Source: Waddliaceae bacterium (GTDB lineage: Bacteria > Chlamydiota > Chlamydiia > Chlamydiales > SLFE01). Taken from it: a stretch of 64,000 nucleotides of DNA. A model generated the notes under the pieces. That model had not been told where the DNA came from. It saw nothing but the letters and a program-made list of their open reading frames with translations, and did not search any database. The stretch spans positions 1 to 64,000 of the forward strand of contig CAWAPJ010000010.1 of the NCBI GenBank assembly GCA_963783885.1, given 5' to 3'. Positions 1-10,040 of this stretch are shown piece after piece. The position numbers and the translations under genes are program-made. Positions within the stretch are counted from its first letter, which is position 1; every line of letters begins with the position of its first letter.

Positions 1-414
1 GTATTCAGGCATCCCGAGTACGGAGACAGTATTGAGATCTTTATCGACACTAGGGATATCAAATCTGCCGGCTTCAATCATCGGTTTTGCCACCATTTTG
101 TTTTCCTGGCAGAGCCGGTCGACGGCAATCAAGCCATGGAAGCGACCCGCTTCAGAACAGAGGATGTTCACGAGCTTTGCAATCCCGAAGATCTGGAAGT
201 AAAAACATTTTGCAAACGCTCTTCTTATAATATGTCGATTTGGATACCGGCATCCTGCCTTCACGGTTTCGATACGCGGCAGTTCAAACGTCTTGGATTT
301 ACTTACCGGATTAACCGCTCCGGAGGCGATGCCCAGCACTTTTCCATTCATACGGCGGAATATCAAATTGATCAAAATTCGGCGCTTTGGAGTACAATGA
401 GGCTGGTAAAATGA
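1..414 (+). CDS. Conserved hypothetical protein, 5'-truncated by window edge (possible DOMON/CBM9-like fold)
   Basis: Frame 1 is open from base 1 (VFRHPEYGDSIEIFIDTRDIKSAGFNHRFCHHF...) to TGA 412-414, which overlaps the gcvT ATG (ATGA). Confidence 0.7.
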   Translation, partial: VFRHPEYGDSIEIFIDTRDIKSAGFNHRFCHHFVFLAEPVDGNQAMEATRFRTEDVHELCNPEDLEVKTFCKRSSYNMSIWIPASCLHGFDTRQFKRLGFTYRINRSGGDAQHFSIHTAEYQIDQNSALWSTMRLVK

Positions 415-1478
415 AAGAGACTGTCCTTTATCCCAAACATAAGAAACTCGGGGCTAAGATGGCCGAATTTGCCGGCTTCGAGATGCCCATTCAGTACAAG
501 GGAATCATTCAGGAACATCTTGCCGTCAGAGAAAATGTCGGAATTTTTGATGTTTCCCACATGGGGCGGATCATTGTCAAAGGAACCGGCGCAGAAGCCC
601 TTCTTGACACTCTTTCGACGAACAAAATTGCGGGCAAGAAGCCGGGGTCTGCTACCTATACTGTCTGGTGTCATACCCATGGGGGATGCGTTGACGATCT
701 GATTGTCTATCGCTTGGGCACGGAGGAATTTTTTATCGTTGTCAACGCATCAAACAGAGAAAAAGACCTAGAGCACCTTCAACGGCATGCAAACTCGTAT
801 GATGTGGAGATCATTTCCTGCTATGATACCGAAGGGATTGTCGCCATTCAAGGACCCAAAGCCGTAGAACTTGTTTCGGAAATATTTCCCGAAGCTTCGG
901 AAATGAAGCCCATGAAAGTGCAGAGGGTCGGGCTTCTTGGGGAAACCGCCCTGCTTGCCTCTACAGGATACACCGGTTCGGGAGGATTCGAAGTTTACGC
1001 TTCCAATCAGGCCATTGATCGTCTATGGGATCTTTGCCTGGAAAAAGGAAAACGGCTTGGTATTCAGCCGGCGGGATTGGGAGCTCGCGATACGCTTCGT
1101 CTCGAGATGGGTTTTGCCCTTTACGGTCATGAGCTTGCAGATGACATTTATCCTACCGAAACAGTGTCTTGCTGGACGGTGAAATTGAACGGCCGCGATT
1201 TTGTGGGGAAAGAAGCTCTGCAAAAACTTCAAACGAAGCGGCATCAATTTGGGGCGATTGTCGAGAAAGGGGGGATTGCCCGCGAGGGATGCGAAGTATT
1301 TTTCAAAGGCGAGTCCATCGGAAAAGTCACATCGGGAACATTTTCACCTTCCTTAAAGCAGGCGATCGCCATTGTTTTGGTCGACCGAAAATTAGAGATT
1401 GATGATAGTATTGAAATTCAGGTAAGGCAGCGCAGGCTTTCTGCCCGCGTCGTCAAAATGCCTTTCTACAAACCTTAA
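411..1478 (+). CDS. gcvT: Glycine cleavage system aminomethyltransferase T
   Basis: FAGFEMPIQY, FDVSHMG, TGYTG..GFE and GLGARDTLRLEMG motifs; ATG at 411. Confidence 0.96.
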   Translation: MKETVLYPKHKKLGAKMAEFAGFEMPIQYKGIIQEHLAVRENVGIFDVSHMGRIIVKGTGAEALLDTLSTNKIAGKKPGSATYTVWCHTHGGCVDDLIVYRLGTEEFFIVVNASNREKDLEHLQRHANSYDVEIISCYDTEGIVAIQGPKAVELVSEIFPEASEMKPMKVQRVGLLGETALLASTGYTGSGGFEVYASNQAIDRLWDLCLEKGKRLGIQPAGLGARDTLRLEMGFALYGHELADDIYPTETVSCWTVKLNGRDFVGKEALQKLQTKRHQFGAIVEKGGIAREGCEVFFKGESIGKVTSGTFSPSLKQAIAIVLVDRKLEIDDSIEIQVRQRRLSARVVKMPFYKP

Positions 1479-1487
1479 GGGGATTTT

Positions 1488-1853
1488 ATGAAATATACCC
1501 AATCGCACGAATGGATTGATGTTATTGGCGGCATCGGCACTGTCGGCGTGAGCGATTATGCGCAGGAAGAACTCGGGGATGTCGTTTATGTGGAACTCCC
1601 GACTGTCGGCAAGACGGTTTCTGCGGGAGAGGAAGTGGCCGTTCTTGAATCGACAAAGGCTGCTGCCGATGTCTATTCGCCGGTGTCGGGAAAGATTGTT
1701 GAGGTTAACGAAAAACTGCAGGATTCCTCCGATCTTGTGAATTCCTCCCCACAGGACCAGGGGTGGATTTTTAAGCTGGAGCTTTCGAATGCAGAAGAAC
1801 TTGAAAAATTGATGGATCAAGGGCAATATAAGGCTCAGTTTCAAAAGGGATAA
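1488..1853 (+). CDS. gcvH: Glycine cleavage system H protein
   Basis: SHEW, YAQEELGDVVYV and lipoyl-lysine motif ESTKAA. Confidence 0.97.
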   Translation: MKYTQSHEWIDVIGGIGTVGVSDYAQEELGDVVYVELPTVGKTVSAGEEVAVLESTKAAADVYSPVSGKIVEVNEKLQDSSDLVNSSPQDQGWIFKLELSNAEELEKLMDQGQYKAQFQKG

Positions 1854-1859
1854 TCGTCA

Positions 1860-3200
1860 ATGGACTTCATCTCCAACAGCGAGGCCCAGGTGCAGGAGAT
1901 GCTTGCCGCTCTAAGCGTTGAAAGCATTGAAGATCTCTTTCAGGATGTACCTGAATCGCTCCTGCTTGAAAGGCCGAAAGAAGATGACGGCCTTTCCGAA
2001 TACGAAGGCATTAAACGACTGGAAGAGATTGCAGGTGGCAATCGGTTTCCCAAGCTGGAAAACTACTTGGGCGCCGGAGCTTATGAGCATCATGTGCCGG
2101 CTATTGTTTCGGCAGTGACATCCAAATCGGAATTTCTCACATCTTATACCCCTTATCAAGCGGAAGCTTCTCAAGGAATGCTTCAGGCCATTTTCGAATT
2201 TCAGTCGGCCATCTGTGCTTTGACCGGGATGGATGTGTCTAATGCCTCGGTTTATGATGGCGCCTCCGCTTGCGCCGAAGCAGCTCTGATGTGTCTGCGG
2301 CATAAAAAAGGAAGCTCGAAAATTTTACTTGCCGAAACGCTCCATCCCCACTACCAAGCTGTCGTCAGGCTTTATACCGAAGGGACGGGCGCAGAAATCG
2401 CTGTCACTGCCCATCTTGAAGATGGCCGGCTTGATACCGAAGCCCTGCAAGAGCAGCTAGGCGACACCGTTGCATGCGTGATTGTCCAATCGCCCAACTT
2501 TGTCGGCTCTATCGAAGATGCCGCCGCCATTTCCGCAAAAATTCAAGACAATGGCTCTCTTTTTGTCCTGGCCGCCAATCCGCTTTCCTACGGTTTATAT
2601 GAAAACGCAGCAAAGCTTGGCGCCGATATTGCCGTCGGCGAGGCTCAGCCTTTCGGTCTTCCCCTTCAATTCGGCGGTCCTTATGCCGGTTATATTGCCT
2701 GCAAACAAGAACTCGTGAGACAGCTTCCGGGAAGAATTGCGGGAGAAACAGTCGACACCGAAGGAAACCGGGGTTTTGTCCTGACCCTTCAGGCAAGGGA
2801 GCAGCATATCAGACGGGATAAAGCGACTTCAAATATCTGCACCAACCAGGCGCTGGCCGCGCTGGCGTGCCTTGTGGGTATGCTTTGGTATGGGAAGCAG
2901 GGCGTGAAAGAGGCAGCGCTGACTAACTTCCAGCGCGCTTCCTATTTAAAATCGAAACTCAGGCAAATCCCAGGAGTTAAAGTCCTCGAAGCTCCTATCT
3001 TTAATGAATTTGCGGTTCACTTCGGAACTTCTTTTGACCGCGTTTGGGATCACTTTGAAAAAGCGGGCATCGCTTGCGGGGTCGATCTGGGAAGGTATTA
3101 TCCCCGATTCAAAGATTACTGCCTTATCGCCGTAACGGAAACGAAAAGCAAAGCCCAGCTTGACCGCTATATTGAAATTGGAAGAGAGGTTGCCGGGTGA
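1860..3200 (+). CDS. gcvPA: Glycine dehydrogenase subunit 1
   Basis: FLTSYTPYQAEASQG, NASVYDGA, REQHIRRDKATSNICTNQ. Confidence 0.96.
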   Translation: MDFISNSEAQVQEMLAALSVESIEDLFQDVPESLLLERPKEDDGLSEYEGIKRLEEIAGGNRFPKLENYLGAGAYEHHVPAIVSAVTSKSEFLTSYTPYQAEASQGMLQAIFEFQSAICALTGMDVSNASVYDGASACAEAALMCLRHKKGSSKILLAETLHPHYQAVVRLYTEGTGAEIAVTAHLEDGRLDTEALQEQLGDTVACVIVQSPNFVGSIEDAAAISAKIQDNGSLFVLAANPLSYGLYENAAKLGADIAVGEAQPFGLPLQFGGPYAGYIACKQELVRQLPGRIAGETVDTEGNRGFVLTLQAREQHIRRDKATSNICTNQALAALACLVGMLWYGKQGVKEAALTNFQRASYLKSKLRQIPGVKVLEAPIFNEFAVHFGTSFDRVWDHFEKAGIACGVDLGRYYPRFKDYCLIAVTETKSKAQLDRYIEIGREVAG

Positions 3201-4633
3201 CAAAAACCATTTTCGAAAAATCTCAGCAAGGACAAAAAGCCTTCAGCCTACCTGCCGGCGACCCGGCTTTTGAAGAATTTCAACCCGATCCGGGCCTCAC
3301 AAGAAAATCGGATGTCCCGCTTCCCGAAATTTCCGAGATCGATCTGACGCGGCACTTTTCCGACCTGGCTTCCCGCAATGTGGGAATCGACAATATTTTT
3401 TATCCCCTCGGCAGCTGCACGATGAAGCTCAACCCCCGCGTCAATGAACAGGCGGCAGCTCTCACCGGATTTACCAGGACGCACCCTTTGGCTCCCGCGC
3501 ATACAGTTCAGGGAAATTTGTATGTGATCGATGAACTCGTCAAGCTTCTTTGTGAAATTTGCGGAATGACAGACGGTACTGTCGCTACCAATGCGGGAGC
3601 TCAGGGTGAATTCGTCGGCATCAAAATGATAGCTGCCTATCATAAAGAGCGTGGCGACGCCAACCGGACGGAAATCCTGATTCCCGACGATGCCCATGGA
3701 ACCAACCCGGCAACTGCCAGAATGGCCGGCTTCAAAGCCGTTCCCATCGATACCGATCCCAATGGAGATCTGTCGCTGGCTCATCTTAAGGGGCTTGTTT
3801 CGGAAAGGACAGCCGGACTCATGCTCACCAATCCGAACACTCTGGGAATTTTCAGCTCGAAAATCTTGGAAATTTCCAAAATCATCCATGAAAGCGGGGG
3901 GCTTTTGTTTTACGACGGAGCCAACCTAAATGCCATACTCAACGTCTGTCGTCCCGGCGATATGGGCTTTGACGTTATGCACATCAATTTGCACAAAACG
4001 TTTTCGACGCCGCATGGAGGAGGGGGGCCCGGATCAGGTCCTGTCCTTTGCAACGATAAACTCAAAAAATATCTTCCCGTTCCCCGCATCAAAGAAAATA
4101 ATCAATACAGCATTGTTTGGAATGATCGTGAAAGCATTGGACATATTTCCTCATTTCATGGGAATTTTGCGATTTACCTCCGCGCTTACCTCTATATTTT
4201 GCTTCACGGACACTATGGCCTAAGAAGAATTGCCGAAAACGCCGTACTCAATGCCAATTATTTAAAAAAGAAACTCGAGGGACTCTTCACGATTCCTTAT
4301 CCCCGGTTTTGCATGCACGAGTTTGTGCTGCAGGCCGACAACTATCTCAGCCAAGGTGTGAGAGCGCTCGACATCGCCAAGCGCATGCTTGACTACCATG
4401 TGCATGCGCCCACCATTTATTTTCCCCTTATCATCAAAGAATGCATGTTGATAGAACCTACCGAAAGCGAATCGAGGGCAACGCTGGATAATTTCATACG
4501 CATCATGGAAACAATTGTGGACGAAATCAAGCGGGATCCCGGTCTCGTCAAAGGGGCCCCTTACTCCCGTCCGGTGACACGCCTGGACGAAGTGCGCGCC
4601 GCCAAAGAGCCTATTCTGAAGGCAGAATTATGA
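3197..4633 (+). CDS. gcvPB: Glycine dehydrogenase subunit 2
   Basis: YPLGSCTMK and PLP-lysine motif HINLHKTFSTPHGGGGPG; GTG start overlaps the gcvPA stop. Confidence 0.96.
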   Translation: MTKTIFEKSQQGQKAFSLPAGDPAFEEFQPDPGLTRKSDVPLPEISEIDLTRHFSDLASRNVGIDNIFYPLGSCTMKLNPRVNEQAAALTGFTRTHPLAPAHTVQGNLYVIDELVKLLCEICGMTDGTVATNAGAQGEFVGIKMIAAYHKERGDANRTEILIPDDAHGTNPATARMAGFKAVPIDTDPNGDLSLAHLKGLVSERTAGLMLTNPNTLGIFSSKILEISKIIHESGGLLFYDGANLNAILNVCRPGDMGFDVMHINLHKTFSTPHGGGGPGSGPVLCNDKLKKYLPVPRIKENNQYSIVWNDRESIGHISSFHGNFAIYLRAYLYILLHGHYGLRRIAENAVLNANYLKKKLEGLFTIPYPRFCMHEFVLQADNYLSQGVRALDIAKRMLDYHVHAPTIYFPLIIKECMLIEPTESESRATLDNFIRIMETIVDEIKRDPGLVKGAPYSRPVTRLDEVRAAKEPILKAEL

Positions 4634-5592
4634 GATTTACGAGTGCAATCCTCATTTTTTTTGCCATGTACGTTCACCTATGGGCCGAGCCAACACTTCT
4701 TTCGGCAAAAAAGATTTGGGATCACGCTCCGCATAACGCCTTCACCGACCTGATTGATTACAAAAGTAAATGGTATTGTGTGTTTCGGGAAGGAGAAGCT
4801 CATGCGGGAAAAAGCTTTGGGAAGATCCGTCTTCTGGCCAGTTCCGATGGCAAGACCTGGGAATCCGTGCACCTATTTCAACAAGAGGGCGTTGATCTGC
4901 GCGACCCCAAGTTGTCGATCACCCCAGACAACCGATTGATGCTCCTTTTGGGCGGCACCATATTTGACAAAAATAAAATCACCCGAAACTCCCAGGCGGC
5001 ATTTTCATCCGACGGCAAAAACTGGACCCCTTTTACCACAGTCCTTCCCGAAAATGAGTGGCTTTGGCGCGTGACCTGGCATGAGGGGAAAGCTTATGGG
5101 GTCTCTTACCGCGTGGAAAAGGAGTCGTGGCCTGTCACGCTTTTTGTTAGCAGCAACGGAATTGATTATGAAAAGATCAAAGAATTTAAAATTCAGGGAA
5201 AGCCGAGCGAAACTACTTTGAGGTTCACAAAAACCGGCGAGATGATAGCCCTTATGCGCCGAGGATCCGGCGCCTTGATCGGCCGCAGCCCGCCTCCCTA
5301 TACCGAATGGTTTTGGAGCAATACAAATATCACTTTCGGCGGCCCTGATTTTTTAATTTTGCCGAGCGGCGCTATGTGGGCTGCCGGAAGGATTATCGAG
5401 CATGGCAGCCAAGAAAAAACGGCACTTGCGAAAATGGATATGCACTCGCTAATTCCGGTTTTGGAACTGCCGAGCGGCGGCGATGATACGGGCTATCCGG
5501 GTATGGTTTACAAGGATGGCATTTTGTGGATCAGCTATTATTCCTCACATGAGGGCAAGTCCGGCATCTACCTGGCAAGAATTCTCCTGTGA
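4630..5592 (+). CDS. Exported sialidase-like/BNR (Asp-box) beta-propeller protein
   Basis: Signal peptide; Asp-box repeats SSDGKTW, SSDGKNW, SSNGIDY; HNAFTDL, DLRDPKL and DTGYPG motifs; ATGA overlap with gcvPB. Confidence 0.7.
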   Translation: MRFTSAILIFFAMYVHLWAEPTLLSAKKIWDHAPHNAFTDLIDYKSKWYCVFREGEAHAGKSFGKIRLLASSDGKTWESVHLFQQEGVDLRDPKLSITPDNRLMLLLGGTIFDKNKITRNSQAAFSSDGKNWTPFTTVLPENEWLWRVTWHEGKAYGVSYRVEKESWPVTLFVSSNGIDYEKIKEFKIQGKPSETTLRFTKTGEMIALMRRGSGALIGRSPPPYTEWFWSNTNITFGGPDFLILPSGAMWAAGRIIEHGSQEKTALAKMDMHSLIPVLELPSGGDDTGYPGMVYKDGILWISYYSSHEGKSGIYLARILL

Positions 5593-5665
5593 GCCGATCT
5601 GAAGTTTATTTTATTATGAATTCTAAAATTTTCCTGCGCGAATTTTTGATGTCATTTAAATAGAA

Positions 5666-5813
5666 GTAAGTGTTCGGTGATATACGTGCCCGGAGAACAC
5701 AGCTAAGGGAGAAGGACTGCAAGGCGCCCGATACAGGAAACCCCTCCATGGGTTGTCGAAGCAGACCAAAGCCCCCGCAATTTATCCGGGCACGTAGACT
5801 GCCGAATGCTTAC
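5666..5813 (-). mobile_element. MITE family A copy (GTAA-ended palindromic element)
   Basis: About 30-bp imperfect TIR GTAAGTGTTCGGTGATATACGTGCCCGG / CCGGGCACGTAGACTGCCGAATGCTTAC; reverse-complement homologue of 27907-28066. Confidence 0.85.
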
Positions 5814-5885
5814 AAATATTTTTGGTAATCACGCGGCACGTATCAGACCATTTTGGATAATTGTTATAATTAAAGGAGATTTACT

Positions 5886-6275
5886 TTGATAATCAGCAAT
5901 CAAAAAAATATGCAAATTTTGAACGAAGACACCTCAGAGAATGCAACCCACACAAATGAGGCTAGCCCCCTTAAAAAACCCAGCAACCCAGCTGCTTCGG
6001 TTTTTAGCCTGATTCAAAAGGTAATGGAGTCCAAAATATCGGTTTTAATCCATGCAGGTAATCATTTAATAAACTATTATGAACATGACAAGACCAGATC
6101 CTATCAGGTTGTAGCCAATAAAGTTTCAGCTTCGAATAACTGCGGTCTATATTCTCATGCCCTCCATTCAATATTTCTCAAAGATGCTAGAAGTAAGTCT
6201 GAAAACTGTTATGAACATGGTTCATTTATTAATGAAGGTGTTTCTCTTTTTGCTAAGACCCTGATTGCTACCTAA
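5886..6275 (+). pseudogene. 5' part of a hypothetical gene apparently interrupted by IS982
   Basis: AAGGAG RBS before TTG; ORF stops immediately where the IS-associated sequence begins; a candidate C-terminal remnant lies at about 7192-7329. Confidence 0.5.
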
Positions 6276-6277
6276 AC

Positions 6278-6394
6278 TTGTTGTTAAAGTCTTTCGTTGG
6301 ATTCAGATGCGTAGACTCGATTTGAAGGCAAGGGTAATCCCTTGCCGATAATCGAGGCTTAGCAGATGAATTCAATGAAAGATTTTAACGACAA
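6278..6394. repeat. Palindromic element D / structured leader upstream of the IS982 transposase
   Basis: Arms TTGTTGTTAAAGTCTTTCGTTGGATTCA / TGAATTCAATGAAAGATTTTAACGACAA with apical hairpin GGCAAGGG-TAAT-CCCTTGCC. Confidence 0.7.
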
Positions 6395-6435
6395 TAGTCT
6401 CTATGATACTTCCTTAGCAAAAAAAAGGGGGCATC

Positions 6436-7329
6436 ATGGAAACTTACGCAACAACAGTTTATGTCATCAGCGAAGAAATCCTTCGAATTTTGGGGATTAA
6501 AGACGATCCTCAATCTCAAATGTCCAACGCAGAAGTGATAACTTTTGCTATTTTATCAGCAAAATATTTTTCTTGTAACTATAAAATGTCCAGATATTTA
6601 TGTAAAAGATTACGATTATTCAGAGCTATTTTAAGCAATAGCCGGCTAAATCGCCGAATTCATAAAATTCCTTGGATTTGTTGGAACGCCATTTTTCGTT
6701 TTTTAGCTCTATTTTTTAAGCAAATAAATAAAGATCAGGGTTTTGCTATAGACAGCTTTCCAGTTTCATGTTGTCAGAAAAATAGAATCGATAAACGGAA
6801 GGTTTTTCTAGAACGAAGGTATTTAGGTTTCGCAGCTTCTAAAAAGCGTTACTTTTGCGGCATAAAAGTTCATATGATTGTGACGAGTGAAGGCAAGCCG
6901 GTTGAAGTTCTTTTCAAGCCAGGAGCAGTAAGCGATGTAAAGGTGCTCTGGGAAATGAAACTGGACATTCCACCAGATTCTAAACTTTATGCAGATGGTG
7001 CGTATAATTGCTTTGATTTAGAAGACATCTTGAAAGAAGAACAAATTACATTGCTTGCAAAACGGGGATGTAAAGCAAAGAATAGAGTCCGAACACCAAT
7101 TGAAGAGAGGGAAATTAGCAGCAAGCGACAGATTGTCGAGACGACATTTAGCTGCATAACAAACCTTTTCCCCAGAACTTTTAAGTTCAGATTACACTAC
7201 CCTTTATTTTTAAAAGATGGGCTTTATCTCTCAAAATTTGGTGTTTCAGGCCCTTTGAGTATCACAACATTAGGTGCAATGAAGATATTGTTTAATGGCG
7301 TCATCGTTGGAAAAGTGCATTTCTGTTAA
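6436..7329 (+). mobile_element. IS982-family transposase, C-terminally truncated and fused to unrelated sequence after about 7185
   Basis: MSNAEVIT, IDSFPV, YFCGIKVH, YADGAY and KRQIVETTFS (DDE) motifs; the tail after FPRT does not resemble an IS982 C-terminus. Confidence 0.85.
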
Positions 7330-7334
7330 AAAGG

Positions 7335-7660
7335 GTAAACATTTGGTGATCTACGTCCCTAGTGTCTATTCCATTAAATTAGCGATTTATTTACGCCATC
7401 TTTTCCCGCATCTCACAAAGACTGGAATCGAGTCTACATCCAATGTATGTCCCGATTCCAGTCTTTGCAATCTGCGGCAAAATCTGACATAACTAATATC
7501 GCAAATTTAATGGAATAGACACTAGATAACTTGCGGGGGCTTCCGGTCTGCTGCGTTGCCCTGCTTCGGCAACCCCATGGAGGGGTTGCCTGCTATCTGT
7601 CGCCTTGCATACCGTCGCCTGCGCTTCGTTCTCTAAAGACGCAGATCACCGAATGTTTAC
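7335..7660 (+). mobile_element. MITE family A copy with 8-bp TSD, interrupted by nested MITE C
   Basis: Ends GTAAACATTTGGTGATCTACGTC / GACGCAGATCACCGAATGTTTAC; TAAAAAGG duplicated at 7327-7334 and 7661-7668. Confidence 0.88.
7359..7525. mobile_element. MITE family C inserted at a CTAG site
   Basis: Perfect 22-bp inverted repeat CTAGTGTCTATTCCATTAAATT; internal stem CAAAGACTGGAATCG / CGATTCCAGTCTTTG. Confidence 0.88.
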
Positions 7661-7733
7661 TAAAAAGGTGACATGCAGTTTGACATTTCGGCCTTTAAAT
7701 TATGCAAAAGCAATAAAAGCGATTTCATAAACC

Positions 7734-8441
7734 CTACTGCTTCTCCTCATTCTGCTTGATGACTTTTTTTGCGGGCTCGACTTTGCCGGTAGGGTTGGCG
7801 AGTTTGATTCCGGTAAAGCCAAGGAAGGCAAGAGACATCAGGCCCGACATGACAAACGTGATTCCCATGCCCTTTAAATTGAAAATGACGTTGGAGGTGC
7901 GGAGCCTTTCGCGGATCGAGGCGATGAGAGCGATTGCCAGCCACCAACCGAGCCCCGAGGCAAAAACATAGACGACATTGGGAATGAAGGGGTACTCTCT
8001 TGTGACGGCAAAGAGGCACGCGCCCAAAATAGCGCAATTGACAGTAATCAAGGGAAGGTAGATTCCCAAGGACATATAGAGGGCGGGAGCGAACTTTTCA
8101 ATAACGATTTCAAGGACCTGGACAAAACCGGCAATAACGGAAATAAAAATCAGGAATTGAAGAAAGTTGAGATTGATGCCGGAGGCGTCGAGGCCAAGAT
8201 AGCCGAGCCAGGCGAGGGCATTGGGGCCGGTGATGAAAGCATTGACCAGCCAGTTGAGCGTTCCGGCAACGGTCAGTACAAAGACGACGGCTACTCCGAG
8301 ACCGTTTGCGGTTTTTAATTTCGCCGAACAGGCGAGGTAGGTGCACATGCCCAGAAAGTTGGCGAGGATAAAGTTCTCAATAAAGACTGCCTGAACAAGC
8401 AGGCCAAGTAAATTAAGCGGCTCGTAAGGACCCATTAACAT
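7734..8441 (-). CDS. nqrE: Na(+)-translocating NADH:quinone reductase subunit E
   Basis: FLGMCTYLACS and GIYLPLITVNCAILG motifs; operon position; start 8441 or 8435. Confidence 0.95.
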   Translation of the reverse strand: MLMGPYEPLNLLGLLVQAVFIENFILANFLGMCTYLACSAKLKTANGLGVAVVFVLTVAGTLNWLVNAFITGPNALAWLGYLGLDASGINLNFLQFLIFISVIAGFVQVLEIVIEKFAPALYMSLGIYLPLITVNCAILGACLFAVTREYPFIPNVVYVFASGLGWWLAIALIASIRERLRTSNVIFNLKGMGITFVMSGLMSLAFLGFTGIKLANPTGKVEPAKKVIKQNEEKQ

Positions 8442-8445
8442 GAGA

Positions 8446-9081
8446 TCATTCCTCCTTTTCAACAGTTGCGTTAGAGATCCATATCAGCCCGCCGATAATG
8501 AAAAATGCCGCCGGCGGGCTCACCATAAGTCCAAAATTCTCGTAGGCGTTCGGCTGGGCCGCGGAGGCATACCAGCTCTCGGGGACAACCTGGATATTAA
8601 AGAGTTGCCCGAATCCAAAAAATTCTCGGATGGCCCCGACGATCAGCAAGACCATAGCATACCCGAGGCCGGCGCCCATGCCGTCGAGGAAGGCAGGCCA
8701 AGGGGTGACGTTTTTGGCCATCCCTTCTGCTCTTCCCATAACCAGGCAGTTGGTGATGATCAGGCCGACAAAAACGGTCATTACTTTCCAGATCGCATAG
8801 TAATAGGCTTGCAAAAACTGGTCGATGATAATGACGAAAACGGAAATGATCGCAAGCTGAGTGATCATCCTGACACTCGGAGGAGTGTAATGTCTGAGAA
8901 GGGAGACGAAGAAACAAGAACACGCAGTAACAAATGTAACTGAGAGCCCCATAGTCAGAGCGACGGATAGCCTGTTTGTGATGGCAAGGGCCGAACAGAT
9001 GCCTAAAACAGCCACAAGGATTTGGTTGCTGCTCCAAATTTGATCCGTCAAGTAGTGGAAATTTCCTTTCTGCGCCATCAT
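8446..9081 (-). CDS. nqrD: Na(+)-NQR subunit D
   Basis: [10 protein letters not shown] and [17 protein letters not shown]. Confidence 0.95.
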   Translation of the reverse strand: MMAQKGNFHYLTDQIWSSNQILVAVLGICSALAITNRLSVALTMGLSVTFVTACSCFFVSLLRHYTPPSVRMITQLAIISVFVIIIDQFLQAYYYAIWKVMTVFVGLIITNCLVMGRAEGMAKNVTPWPAFLDGMGAGLGYAMVLLIVGAIREFFGFGQLFNIQVVPESWYASAAQPNAYENFGLMVSPPAAFFIIGGLIWISNATVEKEE

Positions 9082-9986
9082 TTCCCCTCGTTTTTTTGAG
9101 ATTCTTGATGAAGTTTAATAAAAAACGGACGGTAGGGAGCGAGGGAATCGTGATAGGCTTTTGTGACTCCCACTCCAGTCAACGTGGCTCCCGGTATGCC
9201 GTCGACTGCAGTTTTGGCTTTGGGTTTGTCTCCAATAACGTTTTTAACTTCTCCTTTGACAACCGTAAGGCCTAAGGGAGCGGTTTTAAAATCCGTTTTT
9301 CCATCGGGACTGGGGAGAAATATGTCCTTGCCGTGGAACTGAGCCTGCCACTTGGGCTCGGAAATGACAGCACCCAGTCCGGGGGTTTCTTTTTGCTCAT
9401 ACCAGGTGGTGCCGATCACGGTGTCGCCGTTTGCGTCAATGGCCAAAAAGCCATAGATAGCATCCCAAAGTCCGTAGCCGTTAACCGGAATGACATAGCC
9501 GATCGGTTTTTCGTTTTTCTCTTTTTCCCCTGAAGGGTTGGGAAGAATTTCGTAGACCAGCATTAGCGGAAGAGTGTAATAACCCCGCTTTCTGTTGCTG
9601 TTGATATAGTCCCTTTCCTTTATGTCTGCTTTTTTGAATGTCACGAGGTTGCCTTTATGGTCGACAAGCATCGAACGAATGCGTTTTTGATAAACCTCAA
9701 AAAGCTGGTCTTTATCGGGATATTGTCCATTTTTCGAAGGAACGAGCCTGCCTTCTTTTTCAAGTTTGGCGGGGACATATTGATTACCTTTCTTAATTTG
9801 AAAGGATCCTGATGGATTCACAATTCTCGCTGCGATCATCATTTGTCTGCTTCTGTCGAGTTCCTGGGCAATTTCCTGAGGTTTTCTCAGTGCGCTGGCG
9901 AGAATAGCGAGGATAAGGGCGCAGACAAAGCTTAGGATGACGATAAAGATGATAACGCGGGTATTGCTTGGGGGGGTAACCGTCAT
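9078..9986 (-). CDS. nqrC: Na(+)-NQR subunit C
   Basis: [16 protein letters not shown] and FMN-attachment motif [10 protein letters not shown]. Confidence 0.95.
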   Translation of the reverse strand: MTVTPPSNTRVIIFIVILSFVCALILAILASALRKPQEIAQELDRSRQMMIAARIVNPSGSFQIKKGNQYVPAKLEKEGRLVPSKNGQYPDKDQLFEVYQKRIRSMLVDHKGNLVTFKKADIKERDYINSNRKRGYYTLPLMLVYEILPNPSGEKEKNEKPIGYVIPVNGYGLWDAIYGFLAIDANGDTVIGTTWYEQKETPGLGAVISEPKWQAQFHGKDIFLPSPDGKTDFKTAPLGLTVVKGEVKNVIGDKPKAKTAVDGIPGATLTGVGVTKAYHDSLAPYRPFFIKLHQESQKNEGK

Positions 9987-10040
9987 TTCTCATACCTCCC
10001 CGTTTGCACAACTTTCACAAGTAGGTGTGAGAAATGCGCG
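9980..10040 (-). mobile_element. Internally deleted MITE family E remnant containing the present nqrC RBS and ATG
   Basis: TTGCACAACTTTCACAAGTAGGTGTGAGAAATGCGCG-TTAA matches the terminal arm of element 31323-31484; the other end is GTAA-CCGTCATTTCTCATACC. Confidence 0.8.

Noticed and set aside
5666-5813. Family A element as a riboswitch or housekeeping ncRNA
   Set aside because: Multiple dispersed copies in both orientations with TIRs and TSDs indicate a MITE; no recognisable riboswitch motif.
7295-7492. 65-aa ORF
   Set aside because: It runs through nested MITE A/C sequence.
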